Assembly: GCF_001194135.2 (NCBI RefSeq)
Contig: NC_069004.1
Location: forward strand, 19,263,393-19,327,392
From: Octopus bimaculoides
Lineage: Eukaryota
Length of the DNA: 64,000 nt
Direction: 5' to 3'
Positions within the stretch are counted from its first letter, which is position 1. Each line of letters opens with the position of its first letter. The notes beneath the pieces are model-generated. The model was not told the origin of the DNA, ran no database searches, and saw only the letters and a list, made by a program, of their open reading frames with translations. Below are positions 1 to 11,900 of this stretch, in pieces. The translations under genes were made by a program, and so were the position numbers.

Positions 1-2329
1 AATCCTTCGAATTTCTCCATCCATCTTAAAAGACTTGTTCTTACAGGTGATAATTGTTTGTTGCTCATCAAAAGGTAATCTTTATAACCAACTTAACATG
101 GGTGTCTTATACTGCATTATTAACCCAAAGAGATCCTCTCATACAGGCGTTTGGTGCATAAAAACACACGCATAGCTCTTAGTAAATAAGAATCGTTTGT
201 CATGGGGGGGGGGGCTTTCTCGTAGATATAAATATCATATGTGAGGGGACGTGGTTTAGTGGTTAGGGTATTTGGCTTGAGGTCATCGTAAGTTCGATAC
301 CTGGCAGCGTGTTGTATCCTTGAGCAAGACATTTTATTTCACGTTGCTCCAATCCACTCACCTGACAAAAATGAGTAGTTCCTGTATTTCAAAAGGCTAG
401 CCTTGTCACATTTTATGCCTTCATGTATCTCCCTGAGAACTACATTAAGGTTACGCGTGTCTGTGGAATTCTCAGCCACTTACACGTTAATTTCACGAGC
501 GGGCTGTTCCGTTGATCGGATCAACTGGAACCCTTGTCGTCGTAACTGAGGGAAAGTCAGTTCTAGTTAAACTCTATCCTTTGCAGACAACAACAATTAA
601 AACTGTGTGTGTATGTGTGTGTTATCTTCTACTTGTTTCAGTTTGTGGCTATGGGTTTTACTCGAACGAATCGACACCCATCTTTCTTTTTTGCCAAACC
701 ACCATGTCACAAGAATGTGGAGTGGATAAACGAAAAAGTGAGGCACTCAACACATTCTGCAGGAGTCACAAATACTATTATTTAAAAATTAAAAAAAAGC
801 TTGATTCGGCCTCTTGCAACTTAAAGTTTCGTAGGTTCGTCACTGGAACTCAGTACGTCAAGCTCAGACGAGCCTGGTTCCTGCGACACAAGAGACCGAA
901 TCAAACTGTATTTTAATAATAATAATAATAATAATATGTGTATATATTTGATGAATGCCATGAGGCATGAAAGTATACTAGCCTTTATATATTTAATACT
1001 CAATATTTCATATATTCAATAAGACATTCAATACTTCATTTCATTTTACTATTCATATTATATATTCCATATTCTATATCCCACATTAATTTTATAAGAA
1101 TATAAATAAAACATAAAAAACAGACGCAGTTGGAACTCTTTTAAATAATATATATATATGTACACACACACACACTTGTATGTATGTGTCTTTGTATTCA
1201 TGATTATCCCCACTATCATTGCGCTTGACAACCTGTGTTGGTTTGTTTACGTCCCCGGCATAACAGACCGATAGAATAAGTACCAGACTTAAAAAGAAAA
1301 CAAGCCCTAGGATCGATTCTTTTTTTTACTAAAACCGTTCAAGGTAGTGTTGCAGTTTGGCCGCAATCCAACGACTGAAATAAGTAAAAGATAAAAGTTA
1401 TTTGAATGGCGCAACTGTCGTTTGTATTTTGTTTCTTTGTTTTCTTCCTTTTTAATATAAGTATGTTCAGCAAGGTTCTGTTTTCTTGCCATCATTAATT
1501 ACAGTGAGTTTAAAGAGATCGCATCAAATCTAGAGGCACAAATGAACAATGAGAAAATATAGAGTTAACAAAGGATATCACGTTTAAAGGAAAACGTTGG
1601 CTTAGTAACCGTCCTGACTGAGGCTCTTTACCAACAGTTGGACATAAATGTAAGTAGGGCAGTAAGTGCTTTTGACTCTCTTTCTTTCATTGCATATGTC
1701 TATGTGTTGTCATGAGCTTATTTTCTGTCGATTGTATTGAGCTGGTCAATGAAGACATATTTCGTTGGTTGAGTGAATCATAACTGAAGCAAACTCACGA
1801 ACGTTTAATTTGATATTTATTGCCGGATATAATGGTTTTCCGTGTCGATAAATTACAATGAACAATATTGATCATTGTTGATTGGGAAAGAGAAAAACCG
1901 CACCATGTCAGTAAAGGTTGGGACATTGTATGAATGTCTGGATCTATCTGTCCGAGAGCCTGGAATTGTCAGTGTAAAATATACAGAACCGTCTGCACGA
2001 CAAGAGTGGATATGCGATTCAGTCAGTTGCCTTCAACATTCAGCAATTAATGAAGCACCAAAAACGGTTTTTATAGGAAACAAGAAGTCAAATTATAGAA
2101 CTTTCGAGAAAATCATATCACGCCACAGCCTCGCGCTTATTTGTCGATTTATTGACCGATTACATGAAATTGCAGTGGTTCACTCGTGATATGTGACCGA
2201 GTATCTAGCGATTAGGTTTTGAATCCCCGCTACAAATAGTCTTCTCCCAGTTCTTTACATGAAACCATAAAAAAAAAAACGAAATAATAAAACAGAGAGC
2301 TTGCATAAAAATACAATGGGCCAACACAA

Positions 2330-3000
2330 GTACAAAAAGAGCAAGAATCAATGCTGAAAGAATATCTATGTAACAATGATAAGTCCATAAGATATGCAAA
2401 GTTCTGGAGTTAAGTATTGGTGGTTGACCCTATTAAAGGCTTTCGACTGATTCAAATTGGTAGGGGCCCCATCCATTTTAGGTTCTTTAGCCACCGTATC
2501 TCCGATGTATCGATATGAGGTGGACAGATCTGATTGAGGTTGCGCATATTTGCACATCGCCAATCAAACTCTCGATGGCAAGAGCCAATCTCTTCGCTAA
2601 CACCGTGACCAATTTTTTGAAATCTGCTAAATCTATCACATGAGCCCATCAAGCAGCTTTCGTCCCCGCATGTCTTAGAATACATGCCTCAACTCTGACA
2701 ATGCAATCTTCATACTTCGCGTTTATGAAATGGTTGAAAGCCAATCTCGCTGCAAGCACGTCAGTTGCGATGTCTTTCCTAAGTACTTCTTCAAAGTTTC
2801 TAACTACGTTTCCCTCTATTCTATTTCTTTCTATTGTTACAACCATACGAAACCTAATTGGTTCTAGTCTAATTGCCCTTTTTAGAGCAAACCATTTCCT
2901 ACTGGTGATTGACGCCGTTAACGTCTGCTTAATTCACTGATCCAATCTCTATAAGCTTGGCATACCAGGACTGATGCATTCAGCTTCCAATAACTGGGTC
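2330..3000 (-). mobile_element. L1/Tx1-clade LINE RT fragment, heavily degraded
   Basis: Reverse frames give VLAKRLAL and NLNQSKAFNRVNHQYL (degenerate LDxxKAFDRV motif). Confidence 0.75.
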
Positions 3001-3478
3001 CCTACCTACAAAACCGATCTAGAAGTCGATAAATTAAGTACCAGTGAAACAATGGAGTCGATGTAATCGACTATTCCCCTCCCCAAAAATATCGTGCCTT
3101 GTGCCTTTAGTAGAAAGGCTTATCTCTCTTTCTCTCTCTCTCNNNNNNNNNNNNNNNNNNNNNNNNNNNNNNNNNNNNNNNNNNNNNNNNNNNNNNNNNN
3201 NNNNNNNNNNNNNNNNNNNNNNNNNNNNNNNNNNNNNNNNNNNNNNNNNNNNNNNNNNNNNNNNNACGCACGCACGCACAAACACATGCACTTTCTGTCT
3301 CTCTCTCTCGCACACACAACCACATTCCTTTTCTCTCTTTCTCTCTCTCTGTCACATACACATACACACGCACACACACATACATACACGCACGCACGTA
3401 CACACAAACACATGCACTTTCTATCTTTCTCTCTCTCACACACACACATACACATGCATGCACACACAACCACATACC

Positions 3479-3509
<31 letters not shown>

Positions 3510-4405
3510 ACGCACACACACACACACACAATACGCTACACTGCATTCCTCTTCTGCCTGTCTCTTAGTCTTTAACGAATTATTTCATTTCAGATGTACA
3601 ACAGAATCATTTGCAAGACTTTACATGAGGAACAAATGCATGAAGGGATTGGAAGGCAATTTCTTCAAAGGACTACTCTACATTCAGCACAACACCCAAA
3701 TAATCATTCAACGATATATTAACAGTCTGTAAAGGATCATAGTAATATAATGAATAAAGAAATATAGAATAATCGAATATGTATTTATTTATTTGTTTAT
3801 GTGTATGTGTGTGTGTAAAAAAATGAAACTGAAGATGCACTTGGAGTCTTTAACAAGATTTAAAAACATTAGCTTAACCGTTTTACTTCAAACGTAATAT
3901 TAAATTGAGAGAAAGCGGTCAGCTGACTGAATCATTAGCATACCAGGCAAAATGCTTAGCTGCATTTCCTCTGTCTTTGTGTTCTGAGCTCAAATTCTGC
4001 CGAGGTCAACTTTGCCTTTCATGCTTTCGGGGGTCAATAAAATAAGTACCAGTTGAGCACTAAGGTCGATGTAATTGACTTACTCCCTCCTCGAAATTTC
4101 TGGCCCTGTGCCAAAATTTTAAACCAATATTAATTTGAGGGATCTAAAGCCAAGCTACAACTGTCTCACTTTCAATCGAAATTTAAAATTTACTTTTATT
4201 GAGGTGATGACTCTTGTCAGATAACAAAGTTATAGGCGCAGGAGTGGCTGTGTGGTAAGTAGCTTGCTTACCAACTACATGGTTCCGGGTTCAGTCCCAC
4301 TACGTGGCACCTTGGGCAAGTGTTTTCTACTATAGCCCCAGGCCGACCAAAGCCTTGTGAGTGGATTTGGTAGAGGGAAATTGAAAGAAGCCCGTCGTAT
4401 ATATG

Positions 4406-4438
<33 letters not shown>

Positions 4439-4483
4439 ATGTTTGTGCTGATAAGGCCTGACCACCCCATATTGACTAGATCA

Positions 4484-5010
4484 GTGTTTCCTAACCCCCA
4501 GCCCTTCTATAACTTTCCAAAACAATGTATGCCCCAATGGTGATTGGGAAAAAACAACTTTATTTCAAAGATTTAATCACAATTATTTAATACAAAAGAA
4601 TCTACCAGTGACTCTTTTATTAAGTGCTGAGTACATTATTGACTAAGAAAAAAAAATTAATCACTTTAATGAGAACCTTGCACCTGGTGACTACAGCAGA
4701 TTTCTTTAATTTAAGGAGACAATTTTGTTAGTTTCAGCCATAAATCACCACGTTTTGTAATTTCAAGTCTGCTATCCACACAAGGGCATTAGACTAGCAC
4801 TGCACTGCTGTACTGTAGCAATGTCTTCATACAATATGCTTGGTTGGAGGGATTGGTCTGGCTAGGCTGAGTATAGGTGTCGTATGCTTGTTGTGAAAAA
4901 AAGATTTTCGCAATTCCATGTCCTAGTAAAAAAGAAAAAACTTTGGATCCATTGCCCCACCGCAATTTTCCCCAGGCCTCACCGATGGAGATTATGTCCC
5001 ACGTTAGGAA
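4484..5010 (-). mobile_element. hAT-like non-autonomous element, related to 34615-35050
   Basis: Shared stretches: cattattgactaagaaaaa, gagaaccttg, ttcagccataaatcaccac, ttttgtaatttcaagtctgct; cagtgtttcctaac terminus. Confidence 0.7.
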
Positions 5011-5074
5011 TCATTGGGATCAATAGACAAACACGTGTGTGAGAATGCATGTGTGGAGACTATAAGGGCTTTAA

Positions 5075-5343
5075 CCCTTTTGATACCAACTTGCTTGAGA
5101 CCACTCTTGGTCATCTGACACAAACTTTTTGTTTTGAAGTGATCTCTATTTAAACCTGCCATCAAAATTTCATGTTATGTTCTAAACACCAACTAAATAA
5201 TGAGTTATTTTACTAAAGCCATAAGTTCTATATTTAAGAGATGAAGAATTATGTACAAATGTAAATAATGTAAAGCCATAAGTATTTTCAAACTTAACTG
5301 GAACAAAGAGTATTTAAACAGAAAAATTATGGTAAGAAAGGGG
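5075..5343. mobile_element. piggyBac-like MITE, second family
   Basis: TTAA-ccctttt ... aaagggg-TTAA; related sequence near 20490-20725 and 48345-48590. Confidence 0.6.
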
Positions 5344-6469
5344 TTAATGAGACATCATCGTTATGAATGGGACACTGGGATGTCAAATTTCATGAGCTGA
5401 TTTGAAGGCTTCACCACAATCACAACTAATGCTGTGATGATTTTGGGTTTCTTTTACTTGGAAGAAGAAATATTTTTTTAATATAATTAATTTTTTTAAA
5501 AGAATATACCATACTTTACCATGTATAAGGAATCCCCTACTTTGGGGTGCTTGAAATATGGAAAAAGGTTTTGTAAGGGATTATAAATACTATCCATGTA
5601 TAAGAAACTCCCAAATTTTTTAACCTAATTTTTGACAAAAAAGGGTTCCTTTATACATGTTAAAATACAGTAATTAAATTTTTTTTTTTTTTTTACATTT
5701 GAATACAAATGTAAAAACTAAATAAAATGAGACAACAACAAAAAAGACATTTAAGAAAAAATTTGATTTTGTTTTAAATAATATATTTGTCAGCATTAGA
5801 AAATAAAATTACAGGCCGAACNNNNNNNNNNNNNNNNNNNNNNNNNNNNNNNNNNNNNNNNNNNNNNNNNNNNNNNNNNNNNNNNNNNNNNNNNNNNNNN
5901 NNNNNNNNNNNNNNNNNNNNNNNNNNNNNNNNNNNNNNNNNNNNNNNNNNNNNNNNNNNNNNNNNNNNNNNNNNNNNNNNNNNNNNNNNNNNNNNNNNNN
6001 NNNNNNNNNNNNNNNNNNNNNNNNNNNNNNNNNNNNNNNNNNNNNNNNNNNNNNNNNNNNNNNNNNNNNNNNNNNNNNNNNNNNNNNNNNNNNNNNNNNN
6101 NNNNNNNNNNNNNNNNNNNNNNNNNNNNNNNNNNNNNNNNNNNNNNNNNNNNNNNNNNNNNNNNNNNNNNNNNNNNNNNNNNNNNNNNNNNNNNNNNNNN
6201 NNNNNNNNNNNNNNNNNNNNNNNNNNNNNNNNNNNNNNNNNNNNNNNNNNNNNNNNNNNNNNNNNNNNNNNNNNNNNNNNNNNNNNNNNNNNNNNNNNNN
6301 NNNNNNNNNNNNNNNNNNNNNNNNNNNNNNNNNNNNNNNNNNNNNNNNNNNNNNNNCCACTTTACAAGATAAATTTCCCCAGACATCATCATGCCATGCC
6401 AACCTCCTTGCACAGCAAAATACTCTAATGAAGAGAATGTTCATTTCTTTTTAGCTTTTTCCCTAATGT

Positions 6470-6523
<54 letters not shown>

Positions 6524-7839
6524 AATTTCAACATATTTTATTTATTATTTTAATTATTATCATTATCAAAAAAATTTTCAAGAAATCAGTGCCATTATAT
6601 TAATCAACATTATCATTTCAATTATTAGTATTATTTTGATATTCAAATCCCATCAAGGTTAACTTTGCTTTTATCCTTTTGGGGTCAATAAATTAAGTAC
6701 CAGTTGCATACTGGAGTCGATCTAATCAACTATCACCTCCCCCAACATTCAGGCCTTCTGCCTATAGTAGGAAGGATTATTATTATTATTATTACTGAAA
6801 AGAAAAATAATACTACTAATTCTTTCTACTAAAGGCACAAGGCTTGAAATTTTCGGGTAAGGGACTGGTTGATTACATTGACCCCCAGCGTTTCACTGGT
6901 ACTTAATTTATTGAGTTCAGTGGAATTTGAACTCAGAACATGAAGACAGACTAAATGCTGCTAATCATTTTGCTCAGTGTGCTAACGATTCTGCCAGCTC
7001 ACTGCCTTGAAATAGTAATAATAATAATAATGATTAATATAATAATAATTAAAATGATAATTTTTTTTCATCTTTTTTTCTTTTTCTAAATCCTCTCCTT
7101 CAAACACTCATATGCCAAAATTGACAGGAGTGACCATTATTATTATTATTATTATTATCATTCATTTTATTATGATGCTGATTTTGATGTGGCATTTTAA
7201 TTTTTTTTTTGCATACACCCTTTGAAGTCAATGAGGATCTATAACAATCCAGTGTCATTTACAAAAATATATATAAAAACAAAGTTTTTATATATGCATT
7301 TACATACACACAGACAACGGTTATCATTATCATCATCATTATAATAATAAACATACAGTTATAATAACTGTTTCTAATTTAGGCACAAGGCCAGCAATTT
7401 TGAGGTGACAGCGGGGAGGTTACAGTTGCTATCATCAATGCCAGTAACCGACTGATTCTTTATTTTATTGACCCTGGAGAGATGAAAGGCAAAGTTGACC
7501 TCGGCAGGAGTGCTTCTTCTGAATGTTAACTCAAAGCGGATAATTTCAGTGAAGAGACCTCACTCATTCATTCGGACATCCAACAGATGGCAAAACACTG
7601 GACCTGTATTGAGGGAGCCAACTGCACAAAAGAACTTGCACGGCAGAAACACTGGTGCCGTGAAGATCTCAATTCTGTCTGTCTGTCTGTGATGACCATT
7701 TACTACAGAGTGTGTGAGCAAGAGGGTGAGTGTTGGTGTATCATCATCATCAGGACAGACATGCAACGATAGCAGCAGAAGTCAGGTGCATTTCCACAGG
7801 AACAGTAATGATGCATCTCAGGTTTGTGGAAGATGTCTA

Positions 7840-7998
7840 TGCATATGTGCATATTTGTGTGTGTGTGTGTGTGTGTGCATATAAATATCTGTAAGTATGC
7901 CTCACATTCATATATTAAGTATGTGTGTGTGAGTATGTGTATGCATATTCATATGAAATATGTGTATGTTGTGCACAATGTATATCTATGGATATATA

Positions 7999-8089
<91 letters not shown>

Positions 8090-8300
8090 ATATATATGTA
8101 TGAATATTTATATATGTATGTATAAATATATATATATATTTGTGTATGTATAAATACATATATATATATATAAATATATATATGGAGATATATATATGGA
8201 TATATATAGGTATAAATGTGCATTGTGTACATATGCATATACATCTGTGTGCACATCTGATTATGCATACATATGTGCAATCGTCTATATGAGAATGTCA
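7840..8300. repeat. Compound (TG)n/(TA)n microsatellite
   Basis: Long (TA)n at 8008-8088. Other microsatellite tracts include (GA)n 6471-6522, (CA)n 17342-17402 and 42779-42860, (CATA)n 62015-62105, and compound CA/CT higher-order repeats at 3270-3530 and 61185-61350. Confidence 0.95.
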
Positions 8301-8651
8301 GTGTGAATACAAGTACCTGTGTGAACCCACACCCACACAGCATCAACCTATAATAGTATCACAGAAGGTAACGATGAAACCAGTTTAGTTCTTTACACAG
8401 GTAAAAACAATCTTTCTGTGGTACCAAAAAAAAAAAGCCTTCTCACTGGGAAAAGTCTTTTGATTAGGGGCAAGCCCTGTAGATAAACACAACTGCAAAT
8501 GTGAGTCGTGCATGAACAGGGGAGAGAGAGAGAGGGGGAAGAGAGAGAAGCAAAGAGAGAGAGATAAGGAGGTTGCGATAAAGACATCTGGTCAAAATTT
8601 TCGACAAGTGCTTGACCAAAATGAAGCAAAATTAAAGTCGAAAGCTTGATT

Positions 8652-8657
8652 TTATTA
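8652..8657 (-). promoter_or_regulatory. Candidate proximal polyadenylation signal AATAAA
   Basis: tttatt on the + strand about 120 nt past the stop. The hexamer is common in this AT-rich DNA, so support is weak. Confidence 0.25.
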
Positions 8658-8777
8658 TTGTTCATGGTGTTGTTGTAGTAGTAGTAGTAGTATTATTTTG
8701 TTCATTTGTTCTGCTTTTCTTTTAAATATATTTTTTTCAACAGTCAGCTTAGCAGTTTTTCAACAGTAGTGAGGACA

Positions 8778-8912
8778 TCATGACTTCTGAACTAAATGGT
8801 TGGGAGCATCGGCAAACATATACTTCAGCTTAAACGCCTCGGCCAATAACTCGCCAATTTCTTCATTCTGCCAGTGGTGAGTGGGAAGGTTTTGGAGAAA
8901 CATCAGTATACC
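8778..8912 (-). CDS. TBC1D22: TBC1D22 last coding exon: [44 protein letters not shown]
   Basis: Acceptor ctctttttag, TGA at 8780-8778, 135 nt. Confidence 0.96.
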   Translation of the reverse strand, partial: GILMFLQNLPTHHWQNEEIGELLAEAFKLKYMFADAPNHLVQKS

Positions 8913-11900
8913 CTAAAAAGAGAAATAAAATAATAATAAAAATAATCAATTATCAAGAGACATTTGAACACTACAAACAGGTGTTTATATATATAAATCA
9001 CACACACATACGTATACAAGCATAATATCTAAGTTGTTGAGCTGCTAGAAATGGCAACCAAATCCCCATCAAATCACACCCCACTGTCTTAAAATTGGAA
9101 AGGGCATTAAGATAACGTAGTTCTAGACACTCCTGAATAAACAGGTGGTCATGACTGGAATACCTCTGATTGTAGACCTCTTCAATCAGGGTTGGCCTGG
9201 AAGCTAAATAAGAAAAACGGGCTGTGTGGTAAGTAGCTTGCTTACCAACCACATGGTTCTGGGTTCAGTCCCACTGCGTGGCATCTTGGGCAAGTGTCTT
9301 CTACTATAGCCTCAGGCCGACCAAAGCCTTGTGAGTGGATTTTGTAGACGGAAACTGAAAGAAGCCCGTCGTATATATGTATATATATATATATGTGTGT
9401 GTGTGTGTATGTTTGTGTGTCTGTGTTTGTCCCCCCAATATCGCTTGACAACCGATGCTGGTGTGTTTACGTCCCCGTAACTTAGCAGTTCGGCAAAAGA
9501 GACCGATAGAATAAGTACTAGGCTTACAAAGAATAAGTCCTGGGGTCGATTTGCTCGACTAAGGCAGTGCTCCAGCATGGCCACAGTCAAATGACTGAAA
9601 CAAGTAAAAGAGTAAAGAGACAGAGACGGACAGGCCCATATGTGCAGGAAAACAGATGTAAAAAAAGCACAGTGAACACACTTGAAACAGTAGTTGTATG
9701 CTGTCAATTTAATATGACAGTCCCCTGAAGGGAATAATACTACTGTTGGTTAGACCTAGGAAGCTGCACTGCTTCCTGTCAGCCTTGACACAGTCTTAAA
9801 TTAAAATCTGTCTCTGAATCATACTACATGCCCTGCTGAGTTGTTGAAAACAAAACTTGGTGCATGCAACTGAAAGAGCTTTAAGTTAAAATTGCCATCT
9901 GTGTATCATACTAAATGTATACACAGTTAAAAGACAACCTTTTGTTGATGTAATTAATGCACCTGCCACATTGAATGTATTAGTACTTACTTTACTATCA
10001 AAAACAGTAAAGTGAGCACTAACACATTCAATGTGGCAAAATAGTGTGTATTAAAATGCATACAAATCTGGTAAAAATGAATAATGTAAAATATGACACA
10101 CACACACACACACACACACATACATACAACAGATGATAGTTAGCACCTAGAGAAGGAAGTAAATTATATAGACAAACCTGAAAATCTTTTTCACGTTGAA
10201 TATCAATGGAAAACCGTGTAAGAAAGGCAGCACAGAGATAAAGGTGGAAATCTGCAAAACCATTTATTTCTGCCTAGGAATTTAGACACAAAAAGAAAAA
10301 ATGAGATGAATTCAAACAAACAGAATATGTGTCTTGGTCAAAAAAAAAAAGAAAATTTACAAGATTTCACTAATAATCACTAGTCTCTTATCCTCTTCAG
10401 TCGTACAATGATTTCATAATTGCCTTGACTATGATGACAACAGTTTCTTCATGTCTGAAGATCACAAGCAAGAGCAGCATGTCCTCAATTGACTAAATCA
10501 ATCCTTGATGCTGCAGGGTTTTCCTTCCTTCCTTTGCCCAGTAGTTGTAAAGTGAGAATCAATCCACACAACCCAATCCCACTTTTTAGACTTGGAGGTC
10601 CAACCTCAGTGGCTCAGACGACTAAGATGGCTGTGGTGACCAGCAAGCTGTGGGTTTTAAATCGGTAGTAGCTTTCCCCTAGGTGAATTGCCTCAAGGGG
10701 CCGGGGAGCTCCACCTACCCTGGAATTGCCAGAATGGTGTCAAAGTGGGTATTGAGCAACCTGAAAGACTTTACTCCTTGATTTGCTGTCCAGGTTGACT
10801 CCCCTCAACATTTTCTTTCCCATGGCACTGACAAGACTGAAGGTTTATGCTTGTAGTTTCTTCAATAACATGCTAATTAACCCATAGCAATCCAATCCCA
10901 CTTTTCACACTTGGAGGTCTGACCTCAGAGGCTCAGAGGGCTACGATGGCTGTGGTGCCTCAACAACATCTGTCTGTAATACGAGGTGAAATGGTCAGAG
11001 ATTTCATGGAGTCTCCTAGCTTACCTGATAAGTGTCCCACAAACGAATGGTACAGCGCAAAGGAATTTCTCTCATCAGCAAGTTGTTCATCCATCGGAAG
11101 GCAAATTGGAGAAATTCTACATTGTGTTTTTCTAAATGTTTATATAATGGAACTGAAAGGCAGAGTAGTACATACATTTACTGTAAACAACAATTATGAC
11201 GATTTCTTTATTAACCACTAAGGGTTTACAAACATATCGAGGACAGTACAAAACAATACAATATGATATGATATGATATGGGGTTACATGACGGCATGCT
11301 GGTAAAATGAATCCCTGTAGTTATAGGTGCATTAGGGAACTATCCCTAAAGATTTGAACAAATGGATAGAGGAAATAAACAAAAAACCTAGTTTACGGTA
11401 GATTCAGAAAACAGTATTATTAGGGACAGCTAGGATGGATACTTAGGAAGGTTCTTGGCATCTAAGGTTACTTGTTGTAGCCCAATGTTATAATTTTTTT
11501 TTTATTTCCAACAGTCTAATCTTTGAAAGGTTTAGTCCACTTTGAACTTCTAAACTCAAACCTAAAGATAACAAAGGAGATCTACTGCAAGTCAGCACTA
11601 GAAGAAAAATGACCATCTTTGGTTTCAAGACAAAAGGTGTTCTTCCATCAGGATAATGCTTGTCCACATACGGTGAGGATGACATTGCAAAGGCTGGAGC
11701 AGTTTGAATGGGAAACGATGCCCCACCCACCATATTCACCAGACATTACCCCATCTGATTATCATTTATTCCACAGTCTTCAAAATCATTTGGACGGAAA
11801 AAATATGAATTCTGTAGACAAGGTCAGAACAGTACTGGAGGAGTATTTTTCATTGTGGACAAGTGAATTTTGGAAGAGGGGCCTTGCAAGTCTACTAGAC

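Noticed and set aside
1-200. Minus-strand interrupted frames (LPFDEQQTIITCKNKSFKMDGEIRRI)
   Set aside because: Stops, truncation by the window edge and no recognisable motif; possibly a transposon relic.
237-310. tRNA-like A/B boxes (also at 43263-43335)
   Set aside because: SINE heads continuing into SINE bodies; no complete cloverleaf.
1875-2189. 104-aa plus-strand ORF
   Set aside because: No recognisable domain or splice context; adjacent to a degraded LINE.
7824-8346. IY/YI-, HT- and CV-repeat ORFs here and at 3034-3732, 17673-18290, 59937-60432 and 61808-62137
   Set aside because: Translations of dinucleotide and tetranucleotide microsatellites.
10946-11221. 91-aa plus-strand ORF
   Set aside because: Antisense shadow of the TBC1D22 exon at 11025-11152.
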